Part shown: piece after piece, positions 1 through 8,198 of the stretch
Layout of the letters: each line of letters opens with the position of its first letter
Numbering within the stretch: position 1 is the first letter of the stretch
NCBI GenBank assembly: GCA_039630575.1
Contig: JBCNUW010000016.1
Span: forward strand, 1 to 46,289
Length of the DNA: 46,289 nucleotides
From: Candidatus Hydrothermales bacterium
GTDB lineage: Bacteria; Hydrothermota; Hydrothermia; Hydrothermales; JAJRUZ01
Direction: 5' to 3'
Notes under the pieces: model-generated
Told to the model about the DNA's origin: nothing
What the model saw: only the letters and a program-made list of their open reading frames with translations
The model's database searches: none
Position numbers and translations under genes: made by a program

Positions 1-393
1 TACCACGCAGGACTAAAAACTTCAAGATGGATAACAGTTTGCGGAAAACAATCAAGCGGATGGAATGAACAACACTTCAAAACAGGCGCTTTAACAAGTA
101 TATCCGAGGACATCGTAAAAGACACAACATATAAAACCCTACCAATTCTAAAATGTAAACCTAATATCTCAAAAGGTATAATCAATATAACCTACTCAGT
201 TCCCAAAAAAGGTAAAGTAACTTTAACACTTTATGACATCTCAGGAAAAGTTATAAAAACTCTTGTTAATGAAGAGAAAAAAGAAGGAATACATAAAGTA
301 GAAACAAAAATCAATTTACCCTCTGGTGTATACTTCCTCTCACTTGAAACTGCCGAATTTAAAAAAATCACAAAATTTGTAATACAAAAGTAA
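1..393 (+). CDS. 3' end of a secreted protein with a T9SS type A-like C-terminal sorting domain (partial, runs off window)
   Basis: Frame 1 open from base 1 to TAA 391-393 (not in ORF track): ...KPNISKGIINITYSVPKKGKVTLTLYDISGKVIKTLV...NLPSGVYFLSLETAEFKKITKFVIQK*, with the YDxxGK, LPSGVYF and terminal KFVI motifs. Confidence 0.85.
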   Translation, partial: YHAGLKTSRWITVCGKQSSGWNEQHFKTGALTSISEDIVKDTTYKTLPILKCKPNISKGIINITYSVPKKGKVTLTLYDISGKVIKTLVNEEKKEGIHKVETKINLPSGVYFLSLETAEFKKITKFVIQK

Positions 394-432
394 AGAATTA
401 GAAACTACTGTAAATAGAAAGAAAATATTTAA

Positions 433-461
433 TTGAATTTTAGAGAGAAAATATTTAATAT
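433..461 (+). promoter_or_regulatory. sigma70-type promoter, probably leaderless serpin mRNA
   Basis: TTGAAT(433-438)-17 nt-TAATAT(456-461)-6 nt-ATG(468); no SD. Confidence 0.6.
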
Positions 462-467
462 TAAAAT

Positions 468-1673
468 ATGAAAAAAACATGTTTCTTTTTAATTTTTTTA
501 TTTTTCTTTTATGAAAATCCTAAAAAAGAAGCCTGTGATAAGGGATGGAGTGAAAAAGAAATTAAAAAAATAGCCGATTCAATTGCTAAATTTACTTTTA
601 ACTTCTATTTCAAATTAAAAGATAAAGAAGAAAATGTGTTTTTTTCTCCTTTTAGTATAGCTTCAGCCTTTTTGATCGTTTATGAGGGTGCAAGAGAAAA
701 TACTAAAAGAGAAATTGAAAATGTTTTCGGGTTCCCTGAAGAAAATATAAGAAGACCAAATTTTGCAAGGATTTTCAATGAAATAAACAGAAAAGATAAA
801 AAGTATACTCTTTATACAGCAAATGCCCTATGGATACAAAAAAATTATAAAATTTTAAAAGAATATAAAGAGACGATTAAAAAATATTATATTTCTCAAA
901 TAGAAAATCTTGATTTTGTCAAAGATGCTGAAAAATCAAGACAAACTATAAACTCATGGGTATTTAACAAAACAAAAGGTAAAATAAAAGATTTGATTCC
1001 TCGTGGTGGAATTAGTTATTCAACAAAAGCAGTTATTACAAACGCTGTATATTTTAAGGGTAATTGGTTTAAAAAGTTTGATGAAAAAAATACAAGGGAA
1101 GAAGATTTTTATATAACTAAAGAAAATAAAATTAAAGTCCAAATGATGAGAATGGAAAAAGAAATGTTTAAATATTTTGAAGACGATAAATTGCAAGCTC
1201 TTGAAATTCCCTACGAAGGGGAAGAGATTTTTATAGTCATATTTTTACCAAAACTTTCTGATATAAACTCTATTGATGAATATTTAAATTATGAAAAATT
1301 CAAAGAAATAAAAGAGAAAATGAAAATAGAAGAAGTTGATATCTATCTTCCAAAATTTAAAACAGAAACAAATTATCTATTAAAAAGTACACTCTTTGAA
1401 ATGGGAATAAAAGATGCTTTTTCAGAGATTAATGCAGATTTTTCAGGGATATCAGGTAAAAGGGACTTGTTTATTAGCGATGCTTATCATAAGGCATTTG
1501 TAGAAATTAATGAAGAGGGAACAGAAGCAGCTGCAGCAACAGGAATTGTAATGGAAAAAACTGCTATAAGAGAAAGAAAAATATTTAAAGTAGACCGTCC
1601 TTTTGTTTTCCTAATTTATAACAAAAAAATTCAAAGTATTCTGTTTTTTGGAAGAATAATAAATCCTCTATGA
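468..1673 (+). CDS. Serpin family serine protease inhibitor, secreted
   Basis: NVFFSPFSI, NAVYFKGNW, hinge EEGTEAAAAT, C-terminal FKVDRPFVFLI...ILFFGRIINP; hydrophobic N-terminus. Confidence 0.96.
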   Translation: MKKTCFFLIFLFFFYENPKKEACDKGWSEKEIKKIADSIAKFTFNFYFKLKDKEENVFFSPFSIASAFLIVYEGARENTKREIENVFGFPEENIRRPNFARIFNEINRKDKKYTLYTANALWIQKNYKILKEYKETIKKYYISQIENLDFVKDAEKSRQTINSWVFNKTKGKIKDLIPRGGISYSTKAVITNAVYFKGNWFKKFDEKNTREEDFYITKENKIKVQMMRMEKEMFKYFEDDKLQALEIPYEGEEIFIVIFLPKLSDINSIDEYLNYEKFKEIKEKMKIEEVDIYLPKFKTETNYLLKSTLFEMGIKDAFSEINADFSGISGKRDLFISDAYHKAFVEINEEGTEAAAATGIVMEKTAIRERKIFKVDRPFVFLIYNKKIQSILFFGRIINPL

Positions 1674-1778
1674 ATAAAAATATAACATTACTCTAACTTT
1701 TGTCTAAAGTTCAAGATAACTTATATTTTATAACAAATCTTTGGTTAGAAAGTTTCTTTTTTAAATCTTTTATTCCGC

Positions 1779-2666
1779 TTATACCAATTTACCTTGGTAA
1801 CTATCTCTTCTAATAAGTTCCCTTTCTATCTCATTCAGGACCTTCAATTTATTTTTACACCATAGTGGTGCAACAAGAAAATCTTCAGGAGATTCACCTG
1901 TTAATCTTGCAATCAGAGTATCTCTATCTAATCTTTCAATAAAATCACAAACAATCCTTACATATTCGTCTAGCTCAAGAGGTTTGTATCTACCTTCTTT
2001 AAACTCCCTCTCAAGTTCGGTATATTTAACAACATGGAGGGGATGAATTTTAATTCCATTTATTTTCAACCTATTCAAGAAAAAAACTGTATTAATGTAG
2101 TCTTCGTAGGTTTCTCCCGGAAGACCAATAATAACATGAGCCATAACTCTTATTTTTTTCTCTTTTAGTTTTAAAACTGCCTCCTCAAAACTTTTAACGT
2201 CATGACCTCTTTTTGTTAACATCATAGTTTTTTCATTTGCAGATTGAAGTCCAAGTTCGACCCATAAGTAAGTTACTTCATTCAATTCTGAAAGAAGATT
2301 TAAAACCTCATCAGGAAGACAATCACAACGCGTGCCTATTGATATACCAACTATATCAGGATGAACACTTAAAGCCTCATGGTATACATTTCTCATAAAC
2401 TCAATATCTCCATAGGTATTTGTATAGGCTTGAAAGTAGACTATAAACTTATTTACCTTTCTCCTTTTTCTTAATATTTCCATACCTTTAAATATCTGGT
2501 CCTTTAATGGTATAGACCTTTTTGCTGTTTCTGGAACGAAGGAAGGATTATAGCAGTAAATACATTTTGCTTGAGGTGGACATCTAAATCCCGCATCTAC
2601 TGAAATCTTCCAAACTTTTTCCTTAAAAACCTCTCTAAGATGCTGAGAGAATTTATTATACCTCAT
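1779..2666 (-). CDS. TIGR01212/YhcC-family radical SAM protein
   Basis: KISVDAGFRCP...CIYC, YFQAYTNTY, SIGTRCDC, VELGLQS, GIKIHPLHVVK. Confidence 0.92.
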   Translation of the reverse strand: MRYNKFSQHLREVFKEKVWKISVDAGFRCPPQAKCIYCYNPSFVPETAKRSIPLKDQIFKGMEILRKRRKVNKFIVYFQAYTNTYGDIEFMRNVYHEALSVHPDIVGISIGTRCDCLPDEVLNLLSELNEVTYLWVELGLQSANEKTMMLTKRGHDVKSFEEAVLKLKEKKIRVMAHVIIGLPGETYEDYINTVFFLNRLKINGIKIHPLHVVKYTELEREFKEGRYKPLELDEYVRIVCDFIERLDRDTLIARLTGESPEDFLVAPLWCKNKLKVLNEIERELIRRDSYQGKLV

Positions 2667-3816
2667 CTTTCTTTTTTAAATTACTATACCAAATATCCAT
2701 AAATTTCTTAACTTTCTTTTCTTTTAAAAGTTTTTTGTAAAATTTAAAATTTTCCTTATAAAATTCAAAAGTTCTTTTAATCGCATCACTAAAATTCCAG
2801 TTGTATTTAAAACCAAGAGAGAATAATTTACTACCATCCAAAGAGTATCTTCTATCATGAGCAGGCCTATCTTTCACAAATTCAATAAATTTTTCCTTTT
2901 CAACCCCAGCCAGATCACATATTATTTCTGCAACTCTCACATTCTCTAATTCAGTATTACCCGGTAAGTTGTATTCCTCTCCTATTTTACCCTTTTTAAA
3001 AATCAAATAAATTCCTCTAACAGCATCCTCCTGATAAATCCAGCTTCTTTTCTGTTTTCCATCCCCGTATAAAGGAATCTTCTCTTTCATTAAAATTTTC
3101 ATAATAGAAAGAGGAATAAATTTTTCCGGAAATTGTCTTTCTCCAAAAACATTTGAAGGTCTCACAATTATTACCGGAAGACTGTAAGTTTTATAAAATG
3201 AATAAACCAATCTATCAGCCCCAGCCTTTGAAGCAGAATAGGGACTTGATGGATAAAAGGGTGAATTCTCCTTGGCTTTTCCCTTTAAAATTTCACCATA
3301 TATCTCGTCTGTAGAAATATGTAAAAATTTTCCTCTTTGACCATTTATTTCTTTAAAAGCATAAAGCAAAAAGTATGTGCCTATAACATCTGTAAATACA
3401 AATCTATGAGGGTATATAATAGACCTATCCACATGAGTTTCAGCAGCGAAATGAAATAAATTGTCAGTAAAACTCATTATAACTTTTAAGGGCTCTAAGT
3501 TAGTAATTGAAGCTACAACTAATAATACTCTATCACCTTTCAAAATAAACTTGTCTATTTCTTTTTGAAGATCCTTTTTGCTATAAACTTTTTTATATCC
3601 CTTTACCTTTGACTTTTCAAGTTTAAAAAAATCTTTTCCAAAGGATACAACAAAAATATTTTCCCTTTTTAGAAAAGGAAACAAGTTAAAAGGTAAACCT
3701 GAATATGTAAGAGAGTCGTATACAATAAATTTTGAATCTTTTTCCTTTTGCAAAAGATATCTTATAAAGTTTGAACCAATAAATCCAGCACCACCTGTAA
3801 CGATATACAGGTTCAT
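2656..3816 (-). CDS. rfbB: dTDP-glucose 4,6-dehydratase with N-terminal-domain insertion
   Basis: TGGAGFIGSNF, HFAAETHVDRSI, HISTDEIYG, PSSPYSASKA, DRPAHDRRY. Confidence 0.93.
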   Translation of the reverse strand: MNLYIVTGGAGFIGSNFIRYLLQKEKDSKFIVYDSLTYSGLPFNLFPFLKRENIFVVSFGKDFFKLEKSKVKGYKKVYSKKDLQKEIDKFILKGDRVLLVVASITNLEPLKVIMSFTDNLFHFAAETHVDRSIIYPHRFVFTDVIGTYFLLYAFKEINGQRGKFLHISTDEIYGEILKGKAKENSPFYPSSPYSASKAGADRLVYSFYKTYSLPVIIVRPSNVFGERQFPEKFIPLSIMKILMKEKIPLYGDGKQKRSWIYQEDAVRGIYLIFKKGKIGEEYNLPGNTELENVRVAEIICDLAGVEKEKFIEFVKDRPAHDRRYSLDGSKLFSLGFKYNWNFSDAIKRTFEFYKENFKFYKKLLKEKKVKKFMDIWYSNLKKKDEV

Positions 3817-3820
3817 TTAA

Positions 3821-4567
3821 TCATTTGATAAGAAAATAATTTCTACCTTCAAAATTAAAAAATTCAAAATCTACATTTATAAAATCTTTAAGATAATCAG
3901 TTTTTTCAAAAATTTTCCCCTTTTCAGTAAAAAGAAATTCACCACCTTCTTTCAACAACAAAAGGTAATCAGAAAACCTTAAAATAATATTTATGTCGTG
4001 AAGAACAAAAATTAAAATTTTTCCCTCTTTTTTCACTTTACTAACAATCGTATCAAAAATAAAAAAAGTATTCTCAAAATCAAGGTGTAAATTAGGCTCA
4101 TCAAGAATAAGAATTTCAGGATCCTTGATAATAGAGCGAGCTAATAAAACTTTCTGCTTTTGACCACCTGAAAGTTCTGTAAATTTTTTGTTCCTAATCT
4201 TTTTAAGATCAAATAAATTTAAAACAGAATCTACCATATCCTTTTTAACTTTTCTGTATGGATAAAGTCCAAGTTCAACCATCTCATATACTGTAAATGG
4301 GACTTCAGACTCATAAAACTGAGGAAGATAAGAAATTTTTTTAGATCTTGAAAAAGAATCCATTTTAAATATATTCTCACCATCAAAAAAAACCTCACCA
4401 CTTATAGGTTTAAGTATTCCAGAAAGAACTCTAAGCAGAGTTGTTTTTCCAGAGCCGTTTTTTCCAAATACTGCAAGCACTGAACCCTCAGTTAAAAAAA
4501 AAGAAAGCCCCCTTATAATAGGGGGACTCCCATAACCGGCGAATAGATTTCTTACTTCTACCTTAAT
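3821..4567 (-). CDS. ABC transporter ATP-binding subunit (iron-siderophore/cobalamin type); start extended to a probable ATT at 4567 (track start is GTG 4480)
   Basis: Walker A GKNGSGKT, LSGGQKQ, LDEP, LHD. Frame stays open upstream to 4579 and encodes IKVEVRNLFAGYGSPPIIRGLSF, a typical ABC N-terminus. Confidence 0.88.
   Translation of the reverse strand: MKVEVRNLFAGYGSPPIIRGLSFFLTEGSVLAVFGKNGSGKTTLLRVLSGILKPISGEVFFDGENIFKMDSFSRSKKISYLPQFYESEVPFTVYEMVELGLYPYRKVKKDMVDSVLNLFDLKKIRNKKFTELSGGQKQKVLLARSIIKDPEILILDEPNLHLDFENTFFIFDTIVSKVKKEGKILIFVLHDINIILRFSDYLLLLKEGGEFLFTEKGKIFEKTDYLKDFINVDFEFFNFEGRNYFLIK
4494..4528 (-). terminator. Intrinsic terminator-like hairpin plus U-tract
   Basis: Minus strand AGT-CCCCCT-ATTATA-AGGGGG-CTTTCTTTTTTTTT, about 30 nt after the stop of ORF 4558-4821. 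Confidence 0.65.
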
Positions 4568-4821
4568 CTTAATCCTCTTTCAGGAATTTTATTGTCCCTT
4601 TTATTTTTTGATGGAAAACTATGTCTTTTTTCAGTATCTCTCATTTTCTTTAAAAAATTATCAACTATTCCATCACCATCTCTATCAAGAGTATCCCTTT
4701 TAACCTTATAAACTCTTTCACTTTTCACTTTCTCTTTATAATATTTTTCATTACCAGGATTTACCTTCACTTCTATTGAAAAAAGATACATCGGTATAAA
4801 AAGTAAAATTAACTTTTTCAT
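4558..4821 (-). CDS. Small secreted hypothetical protein with a DxDxDG Ca2+-binding-like loop
   Basis: Signal peptide MKKLILLFIPMYLFS; LDRDGDGIVDN; ATGA overlap with upstream gene. Confidence 0.7.
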   Translation of the reverse strand: MKKLILLFIPMYLFSIEVKVNPGNEKYYKEKVKSERVYKVKRDTLDRDGDGIVDNFLKKMRDTEKRHSFPSKNKRDNKIPERGLRLR

Positions 4822-5969
4822 CTTCTCGATCTTTTATTTTCAATTCTATTTTCAGGTATTACTCCCCTACCTTTCAAATTAGAACTCTCTTTATAATTTG
4901 GAATTTTAGTAGGCTTTTGTCTTTCAACTTTCATTTGTCTTTCATGTCTCAAATCACCTCTGTAAGATTCTTTTCTCTCATAGGACTTACTCTGTTCTTC
5001 CCTTTCTTCAGCAAACTTTTCTTCATATTTTATCCTTTTCTTTTCAATCTCTGATACTTCTTTTTTTTCAGACGGTTTTCTCTCTATTTTTCTTATAACC
5101 TCCTTTTCTTTTTCAACATTCCTTATTTCTCTTATATCCCTCGTTTCTGGGATTTGCGGTTTTTCTCTAATTTTTATCAATTCCTTTACTTCTTTACCTT
5201 CAACAATTCCTTCTTCTCTTACCCTTAATCTCACATCTTTTTCAATTTCTCTTAAACGGACTTTTCTCTCAGGAGTGATTTCCTTAGAGAATTCCCATCT
5301 TGTTCTTACCCTGTATCTCTCCGGAACAGATTTTACGTAACGCGGTACATAGATATACCTATATTCATAAACTCTTATTTCGTATATTGGACAGAAATCA
5401 AAATAAAAGTGGAAGAAAATACGAGGGTGATGGCAGTCATAACAATACCAAGGTGCTGGATGATAGACATAATATCTTGGGATAACATAATAGCTTGTCC
5501 AGGCACCAAAATAAATTCTTGGAAACCAGAAAGGTGGTCTGAATTTGAAAATTACCACAAAATCTATATCATCGTACTCATAGTATATAAAAGAATGAGG
5601 TGGTAAAGGCTCAAAACAGTCATTTGGAAGATCATAAATAGGGTAAGGCACAACTACTGCATAAATGTATTCTATACCTGGTTCATAGGAGGAAAACCAT
5701 TCTATATCATCATAGAAATCATCAGGCAAAACATAGTGAACTCCTGCATTTATGTATACCGGTTTTCCTAAGGGAAAAATTAATTTTGATTTTCCAGTAG
5801 GATCAATATTAAACAAGTATAAGTAACCATCAACTTTAGAAATAAGATTAACCTTTAACCTTTCACCTGATGTATAAACAGCTTTGTGACCCCTTTCAAT
5901 CCAAACCTCAACCATCCTGGCATCAAGTAAACCAAGAGATATTAAAGTTAAAAAAATAAATTTTTTCAT
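4818..5969 (-). CDS. Secreted DUF4384-like protein with a CxxCH motif and charged low-complexity tail
   Basis: Start at ATG 5969 after AGGAGG; signal peptide; VEVWIERG..VYTSGERLKV...DGYLYLFNIDPTG..LIFP; CYDCHH; E/K/R-rich C-terminus. Confidence 0.78.
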   Translation of the reverse strand: MKKFIFLTLISLGLLDARMVEVWIERGHKAVYTSGERLKVNLISKVDGYLYLFNIDPTGKSKLIFPLGKPVYINAGVHYVLPDDFYDDIEWFSSYEPGIEYIYAVVVPYPIYDLPNDCFEPLPPHSFIYYEYDDIDFVVIFKFRPPFWFPRIYFGAWTSYYVIPRYYVYHPAPWYCYDCHHPRIFFHFYFDFCPIYEIRVYEYRYIYVPRYVKSVPERYRVRTRWEFSKEITPERKVRLREIEKDVRLRVREEGIVEGKEVKELIKIREKPQIPETRDIREIRNVEKEKEVIRKIERKPSEKKEVSEIEKKRIKYEEKFAEEREEQSKSYERKESYRGDLRHERQMKVERQKPTKIPNYKESSNLKGRGVIPENRIENKRSRR

Positions 5970-5979
5970 TTTAACCTCC

Positions 5980-6792
5980 TTATTTTGTTTCAAGGGATTT
6001 CAACCCCTTTGATGGTATAGAAAGCTCAGGGTTTCCCTTATCTAACTGATAAGCCCACTCAAAATACATACTATTATTTAAAATTTTTAAAATTCTTATT
6101 TTAGCAAAATGATTATATCTTGTCCAAAATACATAGATATGTCCTTCAATTGCTTCTAATACTCCCAGTTTAGACCAACCTTCTAAGGGTGCGTAACTTA
6201 TTTCATCAAAGCTATTTGCATAACCCATATCTTGAACAAAAGTAAGGGTATCAGGTACCAATATGTATCCTATTCCATCAGAAGTGTCATACTTAAAATA
6301 AAAATCACAATTTGGTGAGAGATAGGAACATACAGTTTGATGTGCAAAATCAAAACCCGAGAAATTTGGATTTATAAGATAACTAAGAACAATATCTTCA
6401 CCATCAGGTCTTGGAGTATCAAAAACTTCTTCAGGTGAAAGGTCTGATTCGTTGCCAGCAGTATCATAGGCTGAAACAGCATAATAATAAGTTATTCCAT
6501 TTTGAACATTGTAATCTATAAAACTTGTTTTGTTCGGAGGTAAGGATTCAATTTCGTTGTAAGGTCCTTCATATGAGAATCCTCTCCAAACGATATAACC
6601 GGCAAGATCCTTCTCTGTATTTGGGAGCCAGTATAGATAAACTTTTCTATCTCCTGTAACTGAGTAAAGTCCCCGTGGGGGAGCTGGAGGAGTATCATCT
6701 TTTAAAGCAGGACAATAACGTCTAGTAACACACCACCCTAAAATTAGGGAAAGTGTTAACATTATTGTTGCTTTTATTATTTTTCTCTCCAT
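5980..6792 (-). CDS. Putative lipoprotein with a fibronectin type III-like domain
   Basis: Start at ATG 6792 after AAGGAGG; LILGWC lipobox-like; DTPPAPPRGL...VYLYW...DLAGYIVWR...YYYAVSAYDTAGNES. Confidence 0.8.
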   Translation of the reverse strand: MERKIIKATIMLTLSLILGWCVTRRYCPALKDDTPPAPPRGLYSVTGDRKVYLYWLPNTEKDLAGYIVWRGFSYEGPYNEIESLPPNKTSFIDYNVQNGITYYYAVSAYDTAGNESDLSPEEVFDTPRPDGEDIVLSYLINPNFSGFDFAHQTVCSYLSPNCDFYFKYDTSDGIGYILVPDTLTFVQDMGYANSFDEISYAPLEGWSKLGVLEAIEGHIYVFWTRYNHFAKIRILKILNNSMYFEWAYQLDKGNPELSIPSKGLKSLETK

Positions 6793-6823
6793 TGTCAAAC
6801 CTCCTTTTTTCATTAAAAAATTA

Positions 6824-6839
6824 AGCAATGTTTGTTCCA
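6824..6839 (-). promoter_or_regulatory. sigma54 (-24/-12) promoter
   Basis: TGGAAC-AAACA-TTGCT, exact GG-N10-GC spacing, about 30 nt upstream of ATG 6792. Confidence 0.68.
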
Positions 6840-6856
6840 TTAAAATTTAAATAAGA

Positions 6857-6886
6857 TTGCACAAAATAAGTTCAGAAAGTTATAAT
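6857..6886 (+). promoter_or_regulatory. sigma70-type promoter for tRNA-Leu and ferredoxin
   Basis: TTGCAC-18 nt-TATAAT, 13 nt before the tRNA. Confidence 0.6.
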
Positions 6887-6899
6887 TTTTATTCACTTT

Positions 6900-6985
6900 G
6901 CCGGAGTGGCGGAACGGAAGACGCGGCGGACTCAAAATCCGCTCTCCTTCAAGAGGAGGTGAGGGTTCAAATCCCTCCTCCGGCA
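6900..6985 (+). tRNA. tRNA-Leu(CAA), no encoded CCA
   Basis: Acceptor GCCGGAG/CTCCGGC-A, anticodon arm GCGGA-CTCAAAA-TCCGC, long variable arm, T-arm GAGGG-TTCAAAT-CCCTC. Confidence 0.97.
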
Positions 6986-7002
6986 CAAAAAAGGAGGAAA
7001 AA

Positions 7003-7272
7003 ATGGCTTATATTATCTGCGAACCATGTATTGGTGTTAAAGATACTGCCTGTGTAGAAGTCTGTCCAGTCGATTGCATTCACCCGAGAAAAGACGAACC
7101 TGAATATGAAAGTTCTGATCAATTATACATAAATCCTCAAGTTTGTATTGACTGTGGTGCCTGTGAATCAGTTTGTCCAGTTCAAGCAATTTATGCTGAA
7201 GATGCTGTGCCTGATAAATGGAAAGATTTCATTAAAAAGAACTACCAACATTATGGACTAACACCTCCTTAA
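7003..7272 (+). CDS. fdxA: 7Fe (3Fe-4S/4Fe-4S, FdxA-type) ferredoxin
   Basis: True start ATG 7003 after AAGGAGG; CEPCIGVKDTACVEVCPVDCIH and CIDCGACESVCPVQAI. Confidence 0.92.
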   Translation: MAYIICEPCIGVKDTACVEVCPVDCIHPRKDEPEYESSDQLYINPQVCIDCGACESVCPVQAIYAEDAVPDKWKDFIKKNYQHYGLTPP

Positions 7273-7285
7273 AATTTTAAGATTT

Positions 7286-7309
7286 AAAGGGGGCTCAGCC
7301 CCCTTTTTT
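7286..7309. terminator. Intrinsic terminator, probably bidirectional
   Basis: AAAGGGGGC-TCA-GCCCCCTTTTTT between convergent ferredoxin and korB. Confidence 0.85.
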
Positions 7310-8197
7310 CTATCTTTTATCTTCTATCAAATTTAAAAGTTCTTCTTTTTTTAATTTTCTTTGCCTTTTAAACACCTCAACTAATGAATAATCTTCACTT
7401 CCAAAAATATCAAGTTCATAATACTTACCTTCCTCTACATAAAAAATTCCAACAGGAATTTTACCCTTTTTCCACGTTTTCATTATCATTGATATTGCTT
7501 CCTCTCGTGAAGTATAAGGACCATTTAATAACTCAATATTCTCTCTAAAATAGTCATATGAGTAATTCTCATTAAAAGTCACACAAGGAGATAAGACATC
7601 AATATGTGAAAAACCTTTATGTTTTATACCATTTTTTATATACTCCTTTAGAATTTTTACATCACCTGAGAAACCTCTCGCGACAAAGGTTGCACCAGCA
7701 GAAATGGACAAAAGACATGGTTCTATAGGACGATCTTTAGAACCATATGGTGTAGTTCCTTTTACAAATCCGTAAGGTGAAGTGGGTGCTACTTGACCTT
7801 TTGTTAAAGCGTAAATTTCATTATTCATCACTATATACGTAAGATTTATATTTCTTCTTGCAGCATGTATAAAATGATTACCACCTATACCATAACCATC
7901 CCCATCACCACCTGTTACAATTACATTCAACTTTTGATTTGCTATTTTTACTCCAGTAGCGACAGGTAAGAGTCTACCATGGATGGTGTGAAAAGAATTA
8001 GCATTAATGTAATCAGGTAACTTAGACGAACATCCTATTCCACTTATAACTACCGTATCATAAGGTGAAATCCCAAGTTCAAAGAGTGCCTGTTTTAAAG
8101 CAGATAGTACACCAAAATCCCCACAACCTGGGCACCATGTACTTTTTTTCCCTTCATAAATTTTAATACCAGGTTCAAAACCTAAAAGTTTTTCCAT
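7310..8197 (-). CDS. korB: 2-oxoacid:ferredoxin oxidoreductase beta subunit (KorB-like)
   Basis: WCPGCGDF, SGIGCS, HGR, GGDGDGYGIGGNH, NNEIYALTKGQ, SPCVTF. Confidence 0.92.
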   Translation of the reverse strand: MEKLLGFEPGIKIYEGKKSTWCPGCGDFGVLSALKQALFELGISPYDTVVISGIGCSSKLPDYINANSFHTIHGRLLPVATGVKIANQKLNVIVTGGDGDGYGIGGNHFIHAARRNINLTYIVMNNEIYALTKGQVAPTSPYGFVKGTTPYGSKDRPIEPCLLSISAGATFVARGFSGDVKILKEYIKNGIKHKGFSHIDVLSPCVTFNENYSYDYFRENIELLNGPYTSREEAISMIMKTWKKGKIPVGIFYVEEGKYYELDIFGSEDYSLVEVFKRQRKLKKEELLNLIEDKR

Positions 8198-8198
8198 C

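Noticed and set aside
6857..7057. Track ORF 6857-7057 and the 6898 N-terminal extension of ferredoxin
   Set aside because: They read through tRNA-Leu; the real start is ATG 7003 with an SD.
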